NCBI GenBank assembly: GCA_905329745.1
Contig: CAJNSZ010000290.1
Coordinates: forward strand, 84,842-101,295
Source: Rotaria sp.
Lineage: Eukaryota
Length of the DNA stretch: 16,454 nucleotides
Direction of reading: 5' to 3'
Shown here: positions 8,219 to 16,454 of the stretch, in pieces
Layout of the letters: every line of letters begins with the position of its first letter
Numbering within the stretch: position 1 is the first letter of the stretch
Made by a program: the position numbers and the translations under genes
The notes under the pieces: model-generated
Databases searched by the model: none
Told to the model about the DNA's origin: nothing
The model's input: the letters and a program-made list of their open reading frames with translations, nothing else

Positions 8219-11200
8219 GCATATTCGGTGAGGTTCTCTATGTGCTTTGCCGCGTCATTTTTATTATTGGTTTTCGGAAGGCTGATGAAAAACACTGTGC
8301 GTTAACCAGATTAGTTTGTACACCTGCTCATACATCCTTATATATCTCCTTAAACCTCCTTTATCTCCTATCCCTGCTTATACCTACTGCACCCTTTCAG
8401 TATTATTCGTCAAAAGAAAATGAAACCAGTTTTCAGAAGCTCAAATGAATTTCCTGGAAATTCAAATAAGGCATCATACAACCGTTGCATCCGTAGTACG
8501 CAGGATTCATCTTTTTCTCCTTGGAGGCAGGACAATTTTTTTTATTCTATTCTTTCACGTGCATGAGAGCATGTCTGTAGTCATGTCTCTTTGTTTTCAT
8601 ATAATATGCCAAATGGTATCTCTTCCTTTCACTAAAGGAGTCGCTGTATTTGCACTGCGTCGCTGGTTTTTTTGTCCTCCACTTTGTAGAGAGAAAACGA
8701 AGGTTACACACTTTACGCATGGCTTTTCTTTCAGTAGAGGGAGCAAGCCAAAATGAATTTCTTTGAGTGTGAGTGTGGATACAGGAAAAGAGTGTGACCT
8801 TGTTTCTTTTCATATATACCCACTCTCGCAGTACGCCACAAATAGTGAAAGATGAGACAGCTTCTATCCCAAACTACATCTCCTCTACCTCGATGGCTAC
8901 ATATTTGTTCATACTATTCCTCATTTTACGCTAGTTCAAATTCGATTTCAGGTTGACGATGAACATAAGACTGTATGGCAAAAATGATAGGGCTTAATTG
9001 ACCTATTCCTTGTCACATTTTTTCGTGCCGTTGCTGCTCACCCATCAAAAAATACGTTTTTTATCAGCAAATTATCGTGACATGCATACAAGTTTGTGAT
9101 AGAAGACGGGCAGCCTCCTCTCCTTCTTATTAAACATCTCAATATCAACTATCGAGCAACGCAAATAATAACACTCGCTTCGAAACTTAAGGAGGAAAGC
9201 TGTATGGCGTACGCCAGATTGAAGTTAGAATATTTACTTTTCTTTCCTTTCGCATCATTAATTTTAGTGATTGGTACGAAAAAAATAGTAATAAAACTGC
9301 ATACAAAGCTATTATAGGAGACAATGAGTTGAGAACCAAATTAGTTGAAAGAAAAATATGGTCACTCTGACGCTTCTAAAGTACACCATATGAATTTCTT
9401 TAATTTTACTAGTGAAACTAGAAACAAAGCAGAACTTTTATAATGTTTTAGAAAATTTGACAGCCATTTATTCAATCTTGAAAATATTTCAATGATTCTT
9501 GCTATCACATTGTTAACGCTGCTATCGTTAATAAACAGTGACCGGTCAACAACAATAGTTATCGTACTCCATACAATACACGCGGAATTCGAAATTTTGA
9601 CGACAATTTAGGTGAAGAATTTACTTACAATATCATGGCACCTTTTTATTACGTATAGAATCTTTTACCACTGCGTTTAAACCAGGAGATAGTGGTAAAA
9701 GTTAAGGCCAATCTAACAACTCCATACTATCAGATTGACTCGGCAGCTCACACATTTCCATTGTTTCGAAGCACTATGAAGTTTGATATTAAAGGACAAA
9801 TAAAAAATAGTTCGGCAAAATTAAACAAACTCAAAATCGCCTTTAATCGACTATGTCAAATGGCTACGCCATCCTCGCGTGCTCTAAGAAATAGCTATGC
9901 TCAACTTTTCTATATGGAGTGACGAAAAGGTTTATTCCAGGACGAAAATGAATTGAAATCCTTTGCATCACGTATTTCCATGGTGAATTTCCCAATAACT
10001 ATAGAAACTCTTCGTCCAGATAAACTGTGACAACTGTATATTCTGTTAACAGAAAGAGGCAATTATACATGGTGAGAAAGTTAATAACAGGACCGATATC
10101 AAAATGAATAATAGCGTGCAAAAAAACCTACAGCTAGACGAAACTTATTTAAAAGAAGCTCCCTTAACTTGAAGCTTCTGTCACAAGTAGAGGTTTTGAA
10201 GCCTGATTTCAGGCACTTATTCCGGCTGCATATTTTTAGCAAAGGTGAGATAGAAGATCAACATCAAAGAATTATTCAAATGTCATTCCGTTGTGCTGGA
10301 AAAGACACTCAAAACTGTCCTTCTATTTCATGAGAGGTATGGTTTTGATTTTCGCTTTGGAAAAGGTTTTCCTGTGCATACTTCTGATATCAGGCCAGGT
10401 TCACTTACTTTCCTTCGAAATAAGACTGCAAAACGCTATCCTAAACCACTTCTATACTGAACTTTACATACTTATACCTTTTTGAACTGTGATGACATCA
10501 GCAGAGTATGATCAGAATTGTTGATTGCAGTAAAAATACCACTCTGGCTTTATGAAATAGGAAAAATAACGTAATCCTTGCGTGTCATTATATCTTGTTT
10601 GAAACTGGATACAATTAAACTACTGAGTTTTTTGAAAGAAAGTGTTATTCTTTATGACGTTCGACTGAAATAAAACTTGATAGATCTCATAAGTTTTGAT
10701 AGTTGCGCTTTCCTTGTCTCGAATATATCATTTTGGATTCTTATTGCTCATGCGCTACAAAAACATAGTCTAATTTCATTTTCTTTTTCATCATGACGTG
10801 CAGATGAATCCTAGCACTTTCTTCAAAACTTATGAATATTTTAGTTTCGCCCTTGTAGGGTATGCTACTTAACATTAGAAATTCCGTAATTCTATAGAAT
10901 TTTGACACAAAATCGAGGAAACTTTTTCTTCTGACGTTTCTCAATATACATATATTATATTCTTGAGAAAGTTTAGTCTTTGGATTCTTGTGATTCTCAT
11001 GTTATATAATTTCGTTTTCTTAAGATTAGTCAGCAGCACGATGTTTTGTGTAGAGGAAGCTTCTCCACTATTTTTGATTATTTATATGAAAATTAATCAG
11101 TATATAGATATATGTATACTAAAGGAAATATTTCCGTAGATCTATGTTCACATGATACAGTAGTCACCAAAAGTAACGCTACAGGTGAAAAATTGAAATC

Positions 11201-11249
11201 TTAATCGTGTGGGCTGATATTAAACTTGCAGATGGACTTCAGAAAACCC

Positions 11250-12123
11250 TGATCAAAATGGCCAACAGGAGATAATTTGCTCATACTATAATGAATCTAT
11301 AATGCAAACACGTATTTTCCTTCAAGCAAATGTTTTTGAGTACTGAAAACAGATATTTCAGTCTCCCATCTATCATTCCAGAAAGCAACACTGCCTCGCC
11401 TTTCCATAAAATTTTCATTCTTAACAACTTTGGATTGATTGAGGTATGAAATATTCTTTGAAAATCATCGAAAGGTAGTTGAAAAAAGTCTAACAAATTT
11501 ATTTAAAATTTCATTTTGTTTTCAGTCAATAAGTTTGAAATCCTTACTAGAGAATGCCCTCTACTAAAAAAGTTCTTCCTGAATTTTTACAATTTTTAGC
11601 TGGAGAAAACTAGTGATTCATTTTAAAACCACTATAGATAATGTAGAATCTATTGCATCTCAAATCAACAACAGAATGAAATGACTTTTATTGAGTAATT
11701 ACATATTCATAAAAAGTGCATGTTGGTTCAAAAGGTATCAGTATGGGTTGGGTGTGACTGGCCCCGGATATTGATGGGGATATCGGTCTTGTCCTCAGCA
11801 TAGAGGTGTAATCTTCCACTTACTATTACTGATAATTAGTAAGTGGTATGTGGTGAAGACTGTCACGCACGAATAAATAATTTATAATTAAGATATTCAT
11901 TTATTAGTGCTACAGTGGCAACTTTTTTATGACTACGACACACAAAGTCGTTTGGCACGAAAATTTTATGAAAAAGGGAGCCAATGTTGCTTTCTCTAAT
12001 GATGGGTAGAAAACTAAAATATTTGTTTTCTGTCCTGAGAAACGTTTGCTTGAAAGAAAATGTGTTTTCAATATAGATCCGTTACAGCATGAGTAAATCA
12101 GCTCTTGCTTCGTGTGGGCGTGT
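11250..12123. repeat. Long imperfect inverted repeat IR-C (arms ~11250-11490 and ~11921-12123, ~430-bp spacer)
   Basis: The reverse complement of 11281-11375 (gatgggagactgaaatatctgttttcagtactcaaaaacatttgcttgaaggaaaatacgtgtttgcattatagattcattatagtatga) aligns with 12001-12093 (gatgggtagaaaactaaaatatttgttttctgtcctgagaaacgtttgcttgaaagaaaatgtgttttcaatatagatccgttacagcatga). Identity is roughly 75-80% with small indels, and similarity continues on both sides. The track ORF 11281-11496 is a by-product of this repeat. Confidence 0.8.
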
Positions 12124-12179
12124 CGTTCTAACTCACTTCATGTATGGTGCACTGACACTTGAGCCTCATATTAAATTAA

Positions 12180-12779
12180 TTAATAGAAAAAAAATACCAC
12201 ATTTATTGGAATAGATTTAATAGCTAAATCATAGCGTGCCTTAAATGTTTCAGCACAGTGCCAGTTTTCAGAATTCAATAGGCAATCAAGGTCATCATCA
12301 GATGATAATACAATCTTTCCATGGCCAACATCATCATTATCATGCAGCAAAAACCGACCTCCACCATTAGTTACATTAAGTTCATTAGGAATAAGAATAT
12401 CACTAAAAGATTTTGGTCGTAGTGATGGTAAATATTGTTTTTCTCGTTTTTGTTCAATAGTTCGTTGTGAAGGTGGATAGTTTGAAATAGCTGAACTATC
12501 TTTTTTATTTATTTTTAACAAAGCTGGATGAATACATCGTGGTGGATCCTGTGATGCTTTTGTATCAGAATTGAGATTTGATTTTAATTCCACTGATATT
12601 GTTTCTTAAGAGTTTGCTGCGTGAACATGATTCGTAACTTTAATATATCCTGCACCATCCAAACGTACACGACCAGCAAAGTCATTTCGGCAACAACGCC
12701 AAATATTTTGAGATTTATTTGTACGATGATAACGACAACCACTAAGTAAAAGTTGATTCTTGCTTTTTCGAGGATTTAA
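12180..12779 (-). pseudogene. Transposase pseudogene fragment: FLYWCH-type zinc finger plus the N-terminal region of a MULE (Mutator-like) transposase
   Basis: The minus frame reads LNPRKSKNQLLLSGCRYHRTNKSQNIWRCCRNDFAGRVRLDGAGYIKVTNHVHAANS (12779-12609). An in-frame TAA follows at 12608-12606. The same frame then continues ETISVELKSN...TIEQKREKQYLPSLRPKSFSDILIPNELNVTNGGGRFLLHDNDDVGHGKIVLSSDDDLDCLLNSENWHCAETFKA. The W-R-C ... A-x-R-V ... H-x-H layout matches the FLYWCH zinc finger. The FLL-x-D ... I-x-L ... L-x-x-L-x-x-S-x-x-W-x-x-(DG)TFK layout matches the segment preceding the MULE domain in FLYWCH-MULE transposases. There is no start codon, an upstream in-frame TAA lies at 12794-12792, and similarity ends near 12240 before the catalytic core. 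Confidence 0.75.
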
Positions 12780-14671
12780 CAATTGACATTGTTAATGATA
12801 ATAGAAAAATATACCAACAATTATGAAATCTTTATAATTCAAAGATATATAATTCGAAAAACTTGTTCATTTCTGTAAAGATGATTGACTCAGCCACGAA
12901 AGATGCATCAGCAATTTATCAGATACTATCGAAAGATGTCTCATGCTTCAGCGCACTATTTCAAGTAAATTAAGTGATCCAATATGAATTTCGTGTGTTC
13001 TATATTTAATGCAACAAATTTCAATTTAGATAGCTCATATTTTGTCTGTTTTTTGCATAATTATAGGTACTGATTATGTTTATGCATCAAGCACGATTGC
13101 TGCTACTGATAATGACTACAATGATGTGCCATGATTTCTCCTGTGTAGTTACAAAAAACTGTATACCGTGAGTTTTTCCATGCTGGTACGCAACATCGTT
13201 TCTATTTGGAATTGTCAGGTTGCAAATGCTTATGGAATGGAGAAGTACCATTGTGCTTTCTTTCTTCTGGCTGTCCAACGCTCATGATAACTATCAAAAT
13301 CGACAAGTCTGAAGATGGTGTTTAATAGACTAATCAGAAAGAATGAGAAATTCGGTTTTTCATGCTCTTACCAACGTTATAATGATTTTGTGTCTCATCC
13401 GACTCATCATAACACACGTGAAGTGAAAATTTATTGAGTTAGGTAGAGACAAATGGCGAATCGAAAATGCATACTTTCGAAATGTCTAGTAAAGCTTTTC
13501 TCTAAATCCACACTATAAGCAGTAGCCCTTAAATTTTTTCTCCCCAGCATTATGTTTCTTGTCGAAAGATCTCAACATAGACTTTTTCTCATTGCCGGAA
13601 AGCCGAAAGAGAAACAAGTCTCTTGCTAGTCAGGTCGAACTAATGATACAGAACTTCTTCATCAGCGATTTTCATTCAGAAGTGAATTGTGTAAGTGTAT
13701 TTACCATGAGAATGGTGATCTTCTACTACAAGTAAATCGATTAATTGACCATTCAAACTCACGAAAGCGGTTGTGGACAACTATCTGGTTTTATATCCAT
13801 GAGTATAGATTTCGATATCAAAAATTCACGTTATGAGCCTATTCATTTGACCGGAACGTTTCGTGCTCTTTTACATGAAATCGACAATCTTTGGCTAGCT
13901 TTATTTCTCATAGCTATTATCCTGGTCGATAGCGGGATTATATTGCACACATGATGGATTTCGTCGATAACTTCTCTTTAATTATACAAAGAGAAATATG
14001 ATCGGCGTGTTACTCGCACTAACAAGCAACCGTTCTCGCACTATACATAAAAATAGGAGAAGAACATAGCACGCGATATAAATATCATGATTGAATTTAT
14101 CTGATAAGGATACAATAATACCTCCAATATCGACCACATCAGTGATGGTGTAGCTTCGCATTTTAAAAGTGAGGATTGAGCACTGAAATTAAATATCCGA
14201 ATGAGGCGCTTTTGCATATATGTATCATATGTTTAGCTCAACTGCTCATGAGAGCTTTGATCAAGTCCACAGCAATAAATTATCTGTTAAAAGGGGGACT
14301 ACAAGCTGCTTTTTCATCATCTAGAGAATTTAGCGAAAGATGCTTGCAAGGTCTGCACGTAGCGAAATTTCACTCTCAAAACCAACTTATCTCCCAGAAG
14401 CGAATCTTTCTAGCGATGCTATCAGTGACGGATTTCAACGTAATCTAAAACCGCCTTGAAACATTACGTACTACTGTACTTCGTGATTGGATGTAGCTAT
14501 TATCCATGCTTTCAAAGTTCAAGCAATACCGCCGTCGCTCGATTCAATATATTAGGAAATTTATCGTCGTTTAGCTCATATAGTGCCGTTTGATTGAACT
14601 GCTTGCATCTTTTACTTCCTGCTACTACCTATAATCAATTAAAATTTCCATGGCCATGCAGTCTAAACGTT

Positions 14672-15720
14672 TCAATAGAAAAGTTTCGAACACAATTGAT
14701 CGACAATCCAGCGCTGCTCCCGAATAGAACCATTCGTGTCACTCCACAACAATTTTTAGATATGCAATAGATTCGTAAAGCTGAATAAAGCATTTTCGTT
14801 AACACCAAATTCTAGGGATAATTTCCGAATATCAAAACTACCTATCGACTTCAAACATGTGCAAACAAGCATTTTAAAAAACATATGTATCAGCACAGTC
14901 CTAAAGAATAATTCCTGTTGATTACCTCCATTCTTCAAGAATTCATCAGAAGAGATAATAGCATCTGGCATCTAATCAAAGGTTGGTATGGTGTCTGCAA
15001 GTAAAATCAACATCGTTGCTTTGATGTCCATCCAGTCTGAATCAAAATTTATAAAATTTAGCATAAGAATGATCAGGAAAACTACCTCTATCATTTTTGA
15101 AAGTATAGACTTGTGAAAATTATGGCTCTGACAACCCACACGAAAGTTGAGAGAATCGGGATAGTTATCGATATAGACCTGACTTATTGTAAGACATTGT
15201 TTAAATCGTGAATTTTTCATCGAATTTGGCTGAGACTGACGGATACATCCAGAAGAGCTATCGAAAATCAAATCAAGCATTACAGTATTCCTGAAGATAA
15301 ACTGTTTCTTCTACTTGGGTCATAATAATCTACCGAATATGTATCGATCCTGCTTCAGATTGCCCTAGAAATACTCGTGTTCATTAATTAACAGTAAAAC
15401 TATATTATTCGAATTTCCCTTATTTCTTTTTTAGAATCGCTCGCGCGTTTCCGTTATTCAAAGTCAAGGCTTATCTGAAGATGTCACTTCGGTTGTGGTT
15501 TCTTTTCGACAGACCAGTTTCTGTTCGAACTATGATGTTAGTTTTTCTTTTGCTTTCGCTAACGAGTCTGCTTTAGATTATTTGTTGTGTTTGAATACTG
15601 ACTTTGGTATGGAAACTAAATTTATACATCATGTTATCTCTTATTTGATAACCTAATTGAATAGCACCAGCAAAAGAAGTTCTACGTTGAATTTGCATTA
15701 TTTTATTCACAAGAGAACCA
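14672..15720 (-). pseudogene. Decayed P-element / THAP9-like transposase fragment (central and C-terminal parts)
   Basis: Five collinear minus-strand motifs resemble conserved P/THAP9 transposase blocks as I recall them. HTKVSIQTQQII*SRLVSES (~15611-15552) resembles KMKVxLAAQxxSxSVA. MLDLIFDSSSG (15280-15248) resembles FIxxxDxLFDxxNS. DSDWMDIKATMLILLADTI (~15040-14985) resembles GWxxTIxSxxxL. SSDEFLKNGGNQQELFFRTVL (~14953-14890) resembles a shortened QDxLENFFxxxRxxGGxxxxPxxxxFxxxxR. EQRWIVDQLCSKLFY* (14719-14672) resembles EALxYIAGYVxRKL. Track ORFs 14972-15280 and 14756-14971 are one frame split by a single stop. More stops occur elsewhere, and at least one frameshift (between ~15300 and ~15550). 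No THAP or N-terminal catalytic part is present. Confidence 0.5.
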
Positions 15721-15743
15721 CTCTAACGAGAGGGGGGAAATAT

Positions 15744-16259
15744 ACCGTCGCCAATCTTCCTTTTCGCCAATTGTATTTTTCGCCAACTGGTGAATATCAA
15801 CTAGCTTTTCGCCAATTGACGAATTTCGTGGGGAATTTCACCAATCGGCGAATACACTATGGCGAAACAAAAAGTTTATTGGCGAATTTCACACTAGAAA
15901 TTCACCAAATTAGCGAATTTCACACTAGGAATTCACCAAATTGGCGAATTTCATACTAGAAATTCGCCAATTGACGAATATACTAAGCCCAAAATAAATA
16001 TTTATTGACGCATTGCACACTAGAGATTCGCCAATTGGCGAATACACCATGACGAAACAAAAGTTTATTGGCGAATTTCACACTAGAGATTCGCCAAATT
16101 GGCGAATTTCTCCATGACGTTCGCAAATTGGCGAATATACTAAGGCAAAAGCAAATATTTATTATCGAATTTCATACTAGAGATTCGCCAATTGGCGAAT
16201 TTCGTGGGGAATTTCGCCAATGGCGAATATACCATTGGCGAAACTCCAGATTGGCGAAC
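15744..16259. repeat. Complex tandem/palindromic array of the 9-mer TTGGCGAAT and its complement ATTCGCCAA
   Basis: By hand count there are 12 exact GGCGAA and 8 exact TTCGCC cores, plus about ten single-mismatch variants (GACGAA, AGCGAA, TTCACC, TTCGCA, ATCGAA), in ~520 bp. The basic ~30-bp hairpin unit is TTGGCGAATTTCACACTAGAAATTCGCCAA, with 11-bp arms and an 8-nt loop. Abutting units create perfect 18-bp palindromes ATTCGCCAATTGGCGAAT at 16026-16043 and 16183-16200. There is also a higher-order period of ~157 bp (gaatatactaag at 15976 and 16133). Track ORFs 15657-15959 and 16068-16292 are translation artefacts of this array. Confidence 0.9.
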
Positions 16260-16454
16260 TTACAGAGAGCCACGAGAGGGCACCTGAGGTGATACCTTCC
16301 GTTTTAATTCATTTATATCTCATGTGATCTAGTATTTTGAGTTAATAAGAAGCCGAAATGGATTTCTCCACATTGCTCTTTATTCCAAAGTTATGATCGT
16401 TTTACTGAATTTCAAGCCATCTCTATATATTTAACAGTAAAACTAAGCTATGAA

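Noticed and set aside
9662-9701. Perfect 11-bp stem-loop cttttaccact(N18)agtggtaaaag; also a 10-bp one at 11816-11846
   Set aside because: These are real in the sequence, but they are isolated and short. An 11-bp perfect stem is only mildly unexpected (expected ~0.1 per window under uniform composition, more given the AT bias), and a 10-bp one is within chance expectation. There is no supporting context for a terminator, miRNA or binding site.
15388-15402. Exact 15-mer TTAACAGTAAAACTA repeated at 16431-16445, bracketing the array
   Set aside because: The flanks do not match beyond the 15 bp. Given the AT-biased composition, about one such pair is expected by chance in a window this size.
15744-16259. 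CRISPR array interpretation of the repeat array
   Set aside because: The repeats occur in both orientations and directly abut each other. There are no unique, uniform-length spacers, and no cas-like ORFs or other prokaryotic context.
15657-16292. Track ORFs 15657-15959 (100 aa) and 16068-16292 (74 aa)
   Set aside because: Both are translations of the TTGGCGAAT palindromic array (repeating ANFTLEI.QI.EFHTR peptides). Their openness is a consequence of the repeat.
1-16454. Prokaryotic operon or defence-system reading of the window, and the remaining 60-103-aa track ORFs
   Set aside because: No ORF exceeds 137 aa. The ORFs overlap antisense partners, have low-complexity AT-driven composition and carry no motifs I recognise. 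Coding density is far below any bacterial or phage locus.

Overview
The window is AT-rich (roughly one-third G+C by eye). No long open reading frame exists on either strand; the longest track ORF is 137 aa, and most track ORFs are 60-100 aa, overlap antisense partners or lie inside repeats. It reads as eukaryotic, probably invertebrate-metazoan, intergenic or intronic DNA made largely of decayed DNA-transposon material, not a prokaryotic gene cluster. I cannot identify the organism. Five things are supported. (1) A 524-bp foldback/MITE-like element (1234-1757) has terminal inverted repeats built from CAACTTT/CAAGTTT heptamers, three 70-bp GC-rich internal tandem units and a perfect 8-bp flanking duplication TAAAAGTA. 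(2) Three further long imperfect inverted repeats of 0.5-0.9 kb each lie at ~365-987, ~5880-6410 and ~11250-12123, and one arm family has a probable third diverged copy at ~8085-8218. (3) A minus-strand pseudogene fragment (12180-12779) encodes a FLYWCH-type zinc finger plus the N-terminal part of a MULE (Mutator-like) transposase, broken by an in-frame stop and truncated. (4) A minus-strand relic of a P-element/THAP9-like transposase, central and C-terminal parts only, lies at ~14672-15720. (5) Directly abutting that relic is a ~520-bp array (15744-16259) built almost entirely from the 9-mer TTGGCGAAT and its complement in alternating orientation. I found no rRNA, tRNA, CRISPR array, intact CDS or multi-gene system. 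The most unusual items are the palindromic TTGGCGAAT array next to the P-like relic and the density of long hairpin-forming repeats. All protein-family calls rest on motif recognition by eye and need profile searches.
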